Assembly (NCBI RefSeq): GCF_006345805.1 | Contig: NC_042998.1 | Span: 158,286,001 to 158,350,000, forward strand | Direction of reading: 5' to 3' | Length of the DNA: 64,000 nucleotides | DNA from: Octopus sinensis | Lineage: Eukaryota | Part shown: piece after piece, positions 1 to 12,737 of the stretch | How positions within the stretch are numbered: position 1 is the stretch's first letter | Layout of the letters: each line of letters begins with the position of its first letter | The notes under the pieces: generated by a model | The model's input: only the letters and a program-made list of their open reading frames with translations | Databases searched by the model: none | What the model was told of the DNA's origin: nothing | Position numbers and translations under genes: made by a program

Positions 1-1079
1 AGTGACCTTGTTTCGAAGGCGACCCGAGGCCCCTAACATTTATGCAACCTATTCAGAGCATCACCATGCTAAAAATAAATATTTAGGACAAAGAGTTCTA
101 CTTACCACTGTTGTCTGGTAGGGTGCCCCTTCCCTTGGTCTTTGGTGTGGCGGTTTCCACGAGGTTTTTAAAAAGTCTTTTTGAGAATGTCTTTTGGAAG
201 GGCCCAACAGCATTTGGGAAGTTTCTTTTCAATGTGGTGTATGTGTTTTGGGTGAGATTTACAATTTGTATGTGTGATGGTGGTGCATTGTGAGTTGTGA
301 AGAAAATGTGTTTGAATTGTTACGTAGATATGTTATTAGGTGTATGTCGTCTGTGCTGATAGCTGTGAAGTTGGTGGTTCTTGTGGAGTCTGTGTCGCAC
401 ATTGTGTTGGTGTTTGAGGTGGTAGTGTTGGTAAAGGCGGTGTTGTTGTTGTTGGTTGTTGTGTGTGTGTGTTGCTGTTGTTGGGAAGTTCCACTTCTTT
501 GCGCCTCCCCCTTTCTCTTCTACTGTCTCTTGAGTCTAGTTTGTCTTTTTTGGTGGGGGGACTGTCTGCCACTTCCCACTCTCGACCTCAGTACTCGAAC
601 AGTCCGAGTTGGTTGGGTGGGGAAGGGGGATTTTTTCTGGGTATTGGTTTTGTTAGGATTCATCTGTTGCTGCTATTACTGATATAGTAGCTGTTGGTGG
701 TGGTGGTGTTACTGCTACTGGTGGAGGTGGTACTCCGGATAGGGTCTTTGTTGGTGGTGCTGATGGTGCCCTGGCGACGGCTGGAAGCGGCGTAGCTGTT
801 GCTGCTGCAGCTTGTGGTGATGGTGTTGGTGTTTGGATGACCACTGGTTTCTGCTGCGGCTGTTTATGCTGCTACTGTACAGGAGGTGCCCCCGGTTCTG
901 GTGTCGGCAGAAGGGCCGGTTGCCTCTTCTTAGGTTGGTAGTGCTTGTGGAGTCTGTGTCTCACATTGGGGTGGTGTTTGAGGTGGTAGTACTGGTGAAA
1001 GTGGCCTTGGTCACCACAAGGTAGCCTTGGTCACCACAAGGTAGCCTTGGTCACCACAAAAGTAGCATCTTGGCCTTCT
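1..1079 (-). mobile_element. 5'-truncated L1/Tx1-type LINE: C-terminal half of ORF1 (zinc knuckle, Pro/Thr-rich tail) and start of ORF2 APE endonuclease, continuing beyond the window's left edge
   Basis: Minus strand from ATG at 67 reads MVML*IGCINVRGLGSPSKQGH, matching the APE N-terminal I.S.NVRGL...K motif (TGA probably from CGA). ORF1 stop is at 100-98. RRPRCYFCGDQGH at about 1067-1000 is a CX2CX4H knuckle, disrupted by a 20-bp triplication. Confidence 0.8.
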
Positions 1080-1142
1080 GAGCGACGGAATGCCGGTAAA
1101 CATTTTGTGCTGTTCGCTAACAATTTTGTCAGCTCGTCGCGC
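1080..1142 (-). mobile_element. Degenerate head of SINE family D, interrupted by the LINE
   Basis: Reverse complement gcgcgacgagctgacaaaattgttagc...aaaatgtttaccggcattccgtc resembles the family D head at 27136. Confidence 0.5.
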
Positions 1143-1444
1143 TAATAACAATAATGAGAAACAGAAGAAATAGCTATGGAATATTTTATTTGTGAATTAA
1201 CACTGCGTTGTTAATCTACAAATAAGGAACAGGTATCCACCGAATTCGGTGTTAAGCACTATCGTGTATACATGCACAAACACATACATACATTCATACA
1301 TATATACATGCATGCATACATGCAAGCATGTATACATACATACACACATACATGCATAAATGTATGCATGCATACATACATACATGCATACATACATGCA
1401 TACATACATACATGCATACATACATACATGCATAAAGATATGAT

Positions 1445-1896
1445 GTAAATAGGACACGATATTACAAAATCCGTCGGAAGGATAACTCCGAGGACAAAGA
1501 AATAAGAACCCACAATATGGTAGAAGTCATAGCCACTCATAATAAAAAGGAGTACTGGTGGAATGTCCTAGCGAATACCTCAATAAAATGTAAATACAAT
1601 AGACCTGATATAATGATTTAGGATTAGAAAGAGAAACTGTGTACAGTGGTGGAAATCAGCTGCCCAGCAGATATTAACATAGTTGAAAATCAGTGAAAAA
1701 GAGAATAACAAATCTGCAGTTACTCTATCGGGATTACGAGTAATCTATAATTATTGGGGCACTGGTTTATGTAACACATTGCCTAAATACTAATCTTTAG
1801 GAATTATAAAAAAGACAACTGATTCGAAAACTACAGATCCAATCCATCACTGGAACAGTAAAAATCTGCAAAACTTTCCAGAAGTTTATGATTTAA
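1445..1896 (+). pseudogene. 3' fragment of an RLE-type non-LTR retrotransposon (R4/Dong-like restriction-like endonuclease domain)
   Basis: Translates as EYWWNV..SIKCKYNRPDIMI*D*KEKLCTVVEISCPADINI...IIIGAL...IRKLQIQSITGTVKICKTFQKF, with RPD, E-x-S-C-P and IGAL motifs of the RLE domain, in-frame stops and frameshifts. Confidence 0.8.
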
Positions 1897-3549
1897 GTAT
1901 ATATCAGCATGTCTAGATATACAACTAAATGCATGAGAATACATACGTAAAACAAAACAAAATGCAAATCTGCACGTATACAAACATACATACATAACAG
2001 ATATTCTTTTAGGTGTTTCAGGCATTAGACTACGGCCATACTGGGGTACTGCCTTGAAGAATTTTATTCAAATGAATCGACCGCACTAATTTTATTGTTT
2101 TAAGCCTGGTACTTATTTTATCGATCTCGTTTGCCGAGCCACTAAACTTTGGGTACGTAAACACACCGTTTGTCTAGCGGTGGTGTGGGGCAAACAAACA
2201 AACAAACACACACGCACACACGCACACACGCACACACACACACAATCTTGGCGGTTACCATGTTAACTCTTATATTGACGGCCAACCACAGCCAATGCTG
2301 GTGATACTCGAGTTAGTGATAATTTACTAGACTCGGTTATTATGCTCACTTGGTAAATCTGAATGTCCTTTTAGGAACTGCATAGTTTCCGGAAAGAAAA
2401 TAATGAAATTAATAAAGATCAGGACAACGGAGATTTACACATCTCTATTTCCTTATAGAGCTATTTGCATTCTTCCCTTGAACCTACGTACATTTATGCA
2501 TGGTTCTTTGGTAATTATTGGGGTATATGTGTAGGTGTGTGTGTGTGTGTGTATAAACATCCATACATTTTCTTTCTACCAAATTCTCTCGCGTAACGTA
2601 TTGGCCGGGACGAAGATACAGTAGAAGACTCTTATCTTAGTCGCCACGCGGCATAGCTGAACCCAAATCCAACGTAGTTGCAAAACGAACGTTTTAACCA
2701 CACAACTATTCATTCACCTACTTACAGAGAATGACATAAGAACGAGAGAGTAAAACAGTTAAAGTGAAGGGAAAAGAAGTTTCAAAAAGATCGGAATTAA
2801 AAATATATTCGTGAAAATAATGAAGGAAGTGAAAATAAGAAGCATGGCGATACCTTTAACAAAATGGACTTATTTCGCTTGAAGTAATAATGGAATCGAT
2901 GTGTCAAATTCAGATGAATAACATCTAAACTGGACATTTATGCTAAATGAGAGGGGAATAGGAATAGTCGTTTTTAACAGAACTGATATATAATATATAA
3001 TCATAAATGCATAAAAAGACGCGTACGAATATATTGAGATATAAACGTGTATTTCATTGCAGAGGAGTATTTATGTGTTTGCGCGTTTGCACAGGCGTGT
3101 GCATGTATGCATGGCTGCATGATTACTTATACATAACTTATGTATTACTTATACATAACATGAGAGTGTGTGTGTGTGTTTGCCTATATATATATATATT
3201 ATATATATATATATATATATAGATATATATATATATATATATACATTCACACACACAAATAGATAGACTTGCATGTACATCTTCGTATATATATAATATA
3301 TATATAAATACATATATATATACATATATACATGTATACATATACATACATATATACACGCATATATATGTATATATACATATATACAAAAATAAATATA
3401 TACATATATATATGCATACACACACCACATATATAAATATATACATACATATATATATATACATACATAAATACATATATATATATATACATATATATGT
3501 AGAGATAGATATTTATATACATACATATAAAAATACATACATATATAAA

Positions 3550-3611
<62 letters not shown>

Positions 3612-3639
3612 GCATACATATATACATAACATGTATATA

Positions 3640-3868
3640 TACCGGAGTAAGCACATAAATATGAAACAAGGTGGAGAAAAGAGTACTCAAATATCAGAGG
3701 TAGAGTAATTTGCTTTATTTAAAAGCAGCGCCTTTATAAATGCAATGTACCTTTAAAAATGATGTATCCTTTAACTACTTTTATTATATCGTTATTTCTG
3801 TCCGACGAACGAGAACGTGAAACTCTGAGTAACAGCTTTTGTAATATTTCTGCTGCTTTTATAAAAAG
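3640..3868. mobile_element. PLE-type terminal repeat family E in head-to-head inverted arrangement (other copies 4905-5050, 6030-6090)
   Basis: 3640-3728 matches 4905-4992 directly, while 3795-3865 is the reverse complement of 4987-5047. Confidence 0.7.
3798..3835 (+). ncRNA. Minimal type I hammerhead ribozyme motif, family E (U4C core)
   Basis: ctgt-CCGACGA-acg(agaa)cgt-GAAAC-tctga-GTA-acag: stem I ctgt/acag, stem II acg/cgt, near-palindromic helix III ACTCTGAGT, GUA cleavage triplet. Confidence 0.7.
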
Positions 3869-4443
3869 TACATGTGTATAAATATATATACACACATATA
3901 TATATAAACATACATATATATACATACGTATAAATATGTACATATGTATATATATATGTACATACATATATATATACATACATATATACATACAAATACA
4001 TATACATATATATATATACATACATACACATATATATATATACATATATGTACATATATATATACATATATGTACATATATATATACATATATATACATA
4101 TATATATACATATATATACATACATATATACATATATATATACATATATATATATACATATATATACATATATATATATTTATAGATACATACATGCATA
4201 TATATATATACATATATATATGCATACATATATACATACATATATAAATGCATACATATATACGTATATATATATACATATATATATATATACGTATATA
4301 TATATATATACATACACATATATATATATACATATATACACATACATCCATATATACATATATACACATACATATACACATACATATATACATACATACA
4401 TATATATATATATGTGTATGTATGTTTGTATGTATAGATAGAG

Positions 4444-4510
<67 letters not shown>

Positions 4511-5009
4511 AGATTTATAGGGGTAAAAATCAGGCAACTTACAAATTCAAGAATAATTGCATAAAATAACTTTCTAAACACAAAGAAAAAACACGTATCG
4601 AAACACTTCTATTTTATGAGTTATAGCTAAAATATAATTATAAAAAATTTGATATGATATGATAGTCTAGAAATAATAACAAGAGATATCAAAATCTCTA
4701 AATACTGAGTCAAAACTATGATGCGTCCTTAGGAATCTCGTATAAATCATTAGGTTAGGTTTGTAAAATTTAGATAGAATTAAGTTTCAAAAAAGACATA
4801 TATATTGAAAAATATCGATTAAAATTGAATCTAACATATCCACAACATACATATATGTAACCATGTACGTATAAGTAAATATATATATATATATATATAT
4901 ATATACCGGAGTAAACACATAAATGTGAAACAAGGTGGAAAAAAGAGTACTCAAATACCAGTGGTAGAGTAATATGCTTTATTTTAAGCAGCAGAAAATT
5001 CAACAAAAT

Positions 5010-5047
5010 CTGTTACTCTGAGTTTCTCGTTGCCGTTCATCAGACAG
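5010..5047 (-). ncRNA. Minimal type I hammerhead ribozyme motif, family E
   Basis: Reverse complement ctgt-CTGATGA-acg(gcaa)cga-GAAAC-tcaga-GTA-acag: canonical core, one mismatch in stem II. Confidence 0.75.
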
Positions 5048-6393
5048 TTTTTGCTGGAATGGAACTGATATATCAATTCAATCTATACTCTTACAAACTC
5101 TACACCTTTAAAAAGAAATGGACTTGTTTGATTGGCCCTTTAGAAAAAACGGTCAATCTTCGAGCGATAAACAAAAAGGTCAAAAATATATGTATATATA
5201 TATAAAAAACTTATAAAAATTATAAAAATTATAAAATTCGAGGAAAAAACCGAGGAAAAAACCTATTGACGTTAATGAAGACAGTGCAAATTAATGCATA
5301 GAAATTAAACCTGTTATAAATACTGCAATACATATTTATATTAAAATCTACATATATATATCAACATACACAAAAGGATGCGCGTAAACGCCATACATAC
5401 ATATACAGACGTATGAATATGAATCTAAATATACACATAAAAGCATGTGTACATATATTCACGCAAACCGTCTCGCACGCAAGCTAAAATTCATCTATGT
5501 AGCAATTCTCATATACTGAGCAAGGAGGGGGAACGAAAGAAAGGGAAAAAGAGAAAAAGGAACGAAGGAGGGGTAGGGAAAAAACTTGTAACGATGTTAT
5601 TGGCATCTATAGAGACCAGTATACATACACAAGTTTGAATGGATACATATACATACCGTCGTGTATTTAAGCACAAGCATACTTTCACTTACACATACAC
5701 AGATACGCATGCTTACAAATACATATGCTTTGCTATACACATACTTATATAAACATTCTAATTTTGACAACATTGCTTTTTTTAAAAAACATTGCTTTTA
5801 AAAATGGGTGCATTAATAAAAATATATACGAAAGACATATAAAATAAAATATAACATCCTATTTTGGGTCATTTATAAATAATCAAGGTAATATAAATAA
5901 TCAAGGTAATCCTATGCAATACAATGACAAGACAAGTAACTTATATGCACTTGATAAGGACGTTTATAAACGCCTGATTTCGAATAGTGTCACGGACACA
6001 TACAAAAAAGACTACACGAATATATACAAAGAGGTGAACTTAGAAGCAGAGTAACAGATTTTGTTGAATTTTCTGCTGCTTAAAATAAAGTATATATATA
6101 TATATATATATATGTGGTGTGTGTGTGGATACATATATGCATATGTCAATATGAATAAGAACATATACATATATTTATATATGTATACATACATATACAC
6201 ACAGACATCATACACACAGATACCCTCACATATATATTTACACACACACATGTATACATATATATATATACATGTATGTGTATGCATGTAATATATGTGT
6301 ACATATATATATATGTGTATGTACATATATATGTATATATGTAATTATACATATATTTGTATTATGTACATTATATATATATATTATGTACAT

Positions 6394-6427
<34 letters not shown>

Positions 6428-6620
6428 ATAGTCGCCATGATAGATTGTTGGCCACTACACACATTTCTCTCCTTGTTTTTTTTGTGCCCCTTTCTGTAGA
6501 AGATCGTAGGCTCGAAACGTAAAAGACTTTTTTCTATTCCTGAGTGTTATACTAATACATCTGTTTGTTTTGTACACCACCTGTCTTCGTCTTTTGTTTA
6601 TTTTTCGTAAACTTTCCCTA
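6428..6620 (+). mobile_element. Solo PLE terminal repeat family F carrying an HHR-like motif at 6490-6525 (another copy at about 10190-10340)
   Basis: Near-identical to 48558-48760, the 3' end of the Penelope element at 46.8 kb. Motif: cttt-CTGTAGA-a-gatc(gtag)gctc-GAAAC-GTA-aaag. Confidence 0.75.
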
Positions 6621-6627
6621 TATATAT

Positions 6628-6935
6628 ATCATCATCATCGTGACCGCCCAGACTATCAGATGTTGCTACACATCGCTGGTCACAATGCGCTTCGCATTGT
6701 TTTAGCCTTCAAATGACGCCACCCCGCTGGCTAAGCGAGCAGGCCAACAGAAGAAAGAGTGAGAGAAAGTTGTGGCGAAAGAGTACAGCAGGGATTGCCA
6801 CCATCTCCTGCCGGAGCCTCGTGTAGCTTTAGGTGTTTTCGCTCAACGAACACTCACAACGCCCGGTCTGAGAATCGAAATCGCGATCCTACGACCGCGA
6901 GTCCGCTGCCCTAACTACTGGGCCATTGCGCCTGC
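6628..6935 (-). mobile_element. tRNA-derived SINE family B (other copies 9822-10125 +, 36470-36757 +, 42119-42303 - partial)
   Basis: Head GGCGCAATGGCCCAGTAGTTAGGGCAGCGGACTCGCGGTCGTAGGATCGCGATTTCGATTC with A- and B-box-like sequences; four alignable copies. Confidence 0.85.
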
Positions 6936-6937
6936 AC

Positions 6938-7032
<95 letters not shown>

Positions 7033-7070
7033 ACATATATACATGTACATTATATATATATATATATATA

Positions 7071-7326
7071 GGTGCAGGAGTGGCTGTGTGATAAGTAGCT
7101 TGCTTACCAACCACATGGTTCCGAGTTCAATCCCACTGCGTTGCACCTTGTGAGTGGATTTGGTAGACGCTTAACAACTGATGCTGGTGTGTTTATGTCC
7201 CTGTAACTTAGCGGTTCGGCAAAAAGAACCGATAGGCTTACAAAGAATAAGTCCTGGGGTCGACTAAAGGCGGTGCTCCAGCATGGCCACAGTCAAATGA
7301 CTGAAACAAGTAAAAGTGTAAAAGAG

Positions 7327-7330
<4 letters not shown>
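7071..7330 (+). mobile_element. tRNA-derived SINE family A (fuller copies 28993-29430 and 48814-49236; fragments near 2020, 10500, 12350, 14150, 27950, 31140, 52740, 53200, 56680)
   Basis: Head GCAGGAGTGGCTGTGTGGTAAG...GGTTC.G.TTCA.TCCCACTGCG and shared tail GGCGGTGCTCCAGCATGGCCGCAGTCAAATGACTGAAACAAGTAAAAG. Confidence 0.85.
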
Positions 7331-7385
<55 letters not shown>

Positions 7386-7558
7386 TAGTTGAATGAATTA
7401 TCCTAGTATGGATAATTCGGTTAACCGGTACCCGGGTAGCAAATTCACGTCAGAAAACACGGTTGAAGCTACATGCCAAGGGCAGAGATCACGTGCTTTC
7501 GTGTGGAAATGTGTGTGTTTTTTATAAAAGAATGGAGTCGAACGACGATTTAACAAAA

Positions 7559-7658
7559 TTCCTTTATCCTCGACATATGTTTCGAAGACTGCATATTCTT
7601 AATTCCGAAGGAATAAAGGGTGCATTATGTCGCCTTCTCATCAGGAAAGACAAAGAAA
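7559..7658 (-). ncRNA. Type I hammerhead ribozyme, inverted copy of 8235-8333
   Basis: Same fold as 8235-8333 with two substitutions in stem II. Confidence 0.75.
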
Positions 7659-8234
7659 TTATGTCAGCATCATGACGAACAAAAACGAATTTGGTAGTAG
7701 TCCTTCAAGTAACAGAGTATAAAAAAATTTGTCTATGGTGGTGTTGTAGAAGTGGAACCAAATTATTAAATACGTTGGGGTATGTTTTACCTTTATCTCT
7801 CTACCTCTCCCTCCTCTCTCTCAATCCTTCTCTCTATCATAAGCACAATCAAACACACAGACACAAACCTCTCACTTCACCACTAGAGGTATTTGGCATT
7901 TATCCCCTCACACACACAATCACGCACACACATACACACACATAGACACGAATGCAGTTATATACATACACACACATAGGCGCTCAATCTCATTAGCAAA
8001 AGCAAACAACAACGCATCACCATACATACCACTTGCACCCTGTCACCTTTCTATTCTTAGAACTCTCCCCTTCCAATCTTTTTTGAACTCTTGAACTTTT
8101 TAGAATCTTCTCCATTCAACCGAATTTGACGTCACTGCTTATAACGGAATATTTTAAAGAAACACTCATTATCACTCTGGACTCCGTGTGGGCAGTCATC
8201 TAACAATTTTTGTTCGTCATGATGCTGACATAAG

Positions 8235-8333
8235 TTCCTTGTCTTTCCTGATGAGAAGGCTGCATAATGCACCCTTTATTCCTTCGGAATTAAGAATATG
8301 CAGTCTTCGAAACATATGTCGAGAATAAAGGAA
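8235..8333 (+). ncRNA. Canonical type I hammerhead ribozyme
   Basis: CTGATGA at 8248-8254; 12-bp stem II GAAGGCTGCATA/TATGCAGTCTTC; GAAAC at 8309; palindromic helix III ACATATGT; GUC triplet at 8318-8320; stem I tttc/gaga extended by ttcctt/aaggaa. Confidence 0.88.
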
Positions 8334-8989
8334 TTTTGTTAAATCGTCGTTCGACTCCATTCTTTCATTTATATATATATATATATTCGTATTTCGTATG
8401 TATGTATGTATGTATGTATTAATGCACGCTTAGTGGATAGGTTAGTAAATATATTTAGCATACCTCTGCAAATAAATCCCATGTTTAAACCGGAACTGAA
8501 TACAACTCAAATAGTTCATCTAGTTATTTCCGACTCATCAGGATTATTTACTTCTGCTGTTTTACTGAGAGTGATTCTACCTGACAGTACATTATCAGAA
8601 AATACATGAGTAACATGCACAGTTTTTGTTCTTTTGCTTCTCTGTACAAATGTTAGTGTTGTGCATCAAATAAATGCTGCTAACAAAGTTTAAATCTGTA
8701 AATCACCTCATTATCGTTCGTCGGGGAGCCAAGCACTATCTAGATATATTTAAGGATGATTGGTGATTTTGTTTATATTGAAGGAGGTCTCTGCACCCTC
8801 AAACCCAACTCTCTCATTTATGACCACCTTCAGTCCAAAGCAAGACCAGGTGAAAACGATTAGGGATGGACAAAGATGCAGTGGATGATCAAGATGCCCT
8901 ATTTTGGGGCATAATGTTTTCTTCTTCAGGGGCCGCCGGATTAAATTATCGTATGCATAGACAGGTAAGCCTTTATATGCTAATTAACA

Positions 8990-9100
8990 TATAACTGGCA
9001 TCCTGATAGGTGCTACTTTTCCAGATCAGAGTAGATCTGGGAACGACATGGATTAATATGTGGTGCCACTCTCTTCAAAACTCTGGAACTCTCGAACTAT
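8990..9100 (+). repeat. Dispersed repeat fragment homologous to 24820-24970 (possibly a LINE 3' tail; class uncertain)
   Basis: ggtgctacttttccagatcagagtagatctgggaac aligns with gatgctactattccgggtcagagaagacattggaac. Confidence 0.45.
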
Positions 9101-9463
9101 CTGATGCAGCATAAGGACACAACATAAGGACACATTATACACAGTACACTTTGATGAACATGTTTAGATACGCGTGTTTAATCAACATTTATTAACCGTT
9201 CCGGGCACATAGGCTATGTGTTTAAAAACATAACTCACTCTCTCATTTCCCTCTTTTACTCAAGTTTATAAACTCTATCGCACATTCTCTCTCTCTTTCC
9301 ATATCACACCGACATTTTAAAAATCTATCCACAAAAACGCTGTTTCAGCATTTTAGTTTATAATTCCGTAGTGGAATCAAACGCACAGTTAAACAACGGA
9401 ATAAGCTCAGCATCTATGCTACATTGAACAAGTTACATTACTTTTCTGTTGATTGTACGAAAC

Positions 9464-9517
9464 AGATGTTCCTGATGAGTTGGCAATGGCTAGGCGAAAC
9501 TAACGTTGTAGATATTT
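9464..9517 (+). ncRNA. Diverged hammerhead ribozyme motif
   Basis: agatgttc-CTGATGA-gttggc(aatg)gctaggc-GAAAC-taacgtt-GTA-gatattt; imperfect stems, AACGTT palindrome in helix III. Confidence 0.55.
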
Positions 9518-9787
9518 ATTCAGTGAGAGTGAGAAATAGAGAGCAAGAGGAAGGAAAACAGAGAGCAAGAAAGAGAAAGGGAACGAAAGACAAATAGAAA
9601 GAAAACACCTGAATTTAATCATGACATCTATTACACATAACGAAATTATATGTATGATCTGATAAATGTATGTAGATTTACAAACTTAGACGCATGTATG
9701 TATACATCTACATGTATATAGGACAAATATATGTATAATATATGTGTGTGTGTGTGTATATATATATCTATATATATATATATACAC

Positions 9788-9822
<35 letters not shown>

Positions 9823-10338
9823 GAGGCGCAATGGCCTAGTGGTTAGGGCAGCGGACTCGCGGTCGTAGGATCGCGGTTTCGATTCCCAGACCGGGCGTTG
9901 TGAGTGTTTATTGAGCGAAAACACCTAAAAGCTCCATGATGCTCCGGCAGAGAGTGGTGATCCCTGCTGTACTCTTTCACCACTCTTTTTCCCACTCTTT
10001 CTTCTGTTGGCCTGATCGCTTAGCCAGCGGGGTGGCGTCATTTGAAGGCTAAAACAATGCGAACGCATTGTGACCAGCGATGTGTAAATCATCTGATGGT
10101 CTGGTCGGTCACGTGATCACGTGATATATATATATATATATGTGTGTGCGTGTGTGTTGTGTGTGTGTATATTAAATCTACAAGTTTTTTTTTTCATTCT
10201 CTCTCTGTTTATTTTCTCTTATTCCTCTGTTGAAGAGCGTAGGCTTGAAACGTAAAATATATTTTCCTGAGCACCACACTAAAACACCTGGCTTGTTTTT
10301 CATACAACATGTCTTTGTCATGCTTTTCTATAAATTTC

Positions 10339-10429
<91 letters not shown>

Positions 10430-10438
10430 TAGATAGAT

Positions 10439-10495
<57 letters not shown>

Positions 10496-11366
10496 AAATA
10501 TATAGGCTTACTTTCCAAACACATGGTACCAGGTTCAATCCCATTGTTTGGCACCTTCGGCAAGTGTCTTCTACAGTCTAGGGTCGACAAAACCCTTGTG
10601 AGTGGATTTGATAGACGGCAAAACGGAAAATGAAAGAACGTAATATTTACGCATATCTGTGTGTGTGTGTGTCTATGTGTGTGTCTATGTGTGTGTACTT
10701 GCGTATCATTAAGAGAGAGAAAGGAGAAACGAGAAAGACAGGAAGGGGTAGAGACATCGTATCGTGTCTGACATAGGCTTTTCATTTCTCGTTCTCATAA
10801 AACCGCAAATATGCAAATTAATCTCTAGAGTATTTCTGTTTATATCTCTTTATGTGTTTGTGTGCATGTGTGTGTGTATATAAACATACATATGAGTGTA
10901 TACATATATGTGTGTTTGTGTATTTATGGATACACTTGTGATGTAGGTATGTGTATGTGTGTGTGTGTGTGTTTAACTTCAGAACCATATTTAAATTGTT
11001 TATTCATGTATCATATCTGTCTTATTTCTTTTATGCATCAATTAACATCCTTCTGCTGTGTGTGTGTGTGTGTAAATGCATAAATGCACACACACACACA
11101 CACACGCAAGCAGAAATGTGCACGTAGGTATATATAGATATGTCAGTGATACAAGCCCTCTTGCGATTTGATAAATATATATTGTGAACTTATCCGTATA
11201 GCAATGTAATTGAATATAAATATGCATTTATGGATGTAAATATAACAATTTACATATAAAAGGAGATTAAAAGAACATAGATTTTAGTTTTCGATTTGAA
11301 TTTATCTGTTTTGTACTTATATACGTGTGCATGTAGTCTCTGTTGTGTGCCTGTGTGTGTATGTGC

Positions 11367-11410
<44 letters not shown>

Positions 11411-12737
11411 TGTGTGTGTGAGTGTGTGTGTGTGTGAATAACAATTTTAACCCAAAGAAGGACTAATAGATTAATATATATATACTTATAAAATTAAGTA
11501 AATTTTTATTTGAGTAAGCTTTTTTTATGTATGTATGTAGATTTGTTTGCATATATGTATGTATGCATGCATGCATGTGTGCATGTCCTGTGTGTGACAT
11601 TGAACTGCATCCGTTGGAGAGGCTCCAGTTCGGGAGTTTGGGAGTTTTTCTCCCAGTTTTTCTCTAATTTCTTCAAGTCCATCCTGACCCCGAAAGCTAG
11701 TACTGTGAAAGTCCCATCTATGTGTTGAATGGATTATGAAGGCTCCCGTTATCTTTGACAGAACCGTACAGGAAAAGATACTCTGACATATAACTTGGAA
11801 TCAAAATACCAGTCATCTTGCAATACTTGTCACTGGAACCATATATGACGACCGAGAAGGTGACAAAAGTGTTATACGAGCTTTTGTCACTTAAATCCAA
11901 TGACGTAAATATGTCTCAGTGTCGTTTCATTTCTTAATTGATCCGTTTCATATTTTATAAAGCCCGATGGCGATGGATGCGCGAAGATGTGTAAAATCAT
12001 GTCTATACCCATGAAATCAGGCTGAATTAGAGACATATATAATCTGACAAGATGAGGCAATTATCATGCGTGCGTGAATAATGTTTAAAGATGTTCAACT
12101 CTGGAAACAGAAAGCAATTGATAGAAATGGATGATAGTCTCTGGTGAAGGAAGTTATTGCTTGATTTGAGCCAGCCAAAAGACAGCATGCACAAACAATT
12201 AGAACGTGCTTAAAAAAGGTAGGCATCATACATGCGCTAGTTACGATTAAGAGTTAGAAATACAGTTTTTTTGACCGTGATTTCCAATCAGTAGCTAGCT
12301 ATATAACATGAAATCATTCAGTAATTTAGTATTTTAGTAGTATTTTTGCGGCCATAGTGGGGCATCGCCTTGAAGGGTTTAGTCTAACAAATCGAACTCC
12401 AGTACTGATTGTTTTTAAAACTGATACTTATTATATCAGTCAGTCGTGCCGAACCGCTAGGGTAGACGGACGTAAACAAACTAACACTTGTTGTGAAGCG
12501 GGAATGGGAGACTACAGATATGTAAAGACGCACACATAGATACACACACATACACACACCAACAACAATAACAACAACAACAATAACAGCGTACGTTCAG
12601 CTTCTGTCCCTCTGCGCAGCAACTTAGGCATTTTCGTAAATTGACTTTCACTATTGTTCCGAACTGACCAATGCTTTGTGAATGAATTTGGTTGTCGGAA
12701 ACTTTGTGAAAGTTCGTTGTATATATATGTAAATATA

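Larger units (their letters stand above)
3080..4510. repeat. Representative compound TA/TATAC/CATA/GATA microsatellite field; similar fields occur throughout the window
   Basis: Directly visible; these tracts generate the YI/VC/HT pseudo-ORFs in the supplied track. Confidence 0.95.
7527..8367. mobile_element. Element with about 160-bp inverted arms, each arm containing a hammerhead ribozyme (PLE-type inverted terminal repeat)
   Basis: 7527-7685 is the reverse complement of about 8208-8367. The interior is CT/CA-rich, like the PLE 3' UTR at 47900-48560. Confidence 0.75.

Noticed and set aside
3007-4581. Long ORFs rich in YI/VC/HT (here and throughout the track)
   Set aside because: Translations of TA/CA/CATA/GATA microsatellites that lack stop codons; no coding signal.
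7527-8367. Interpretation as a long-TIR MITE
   Set aside because: The arms contain a complete hammerhead and share the polarity of the other PLE-type inversions; no clear TSD.
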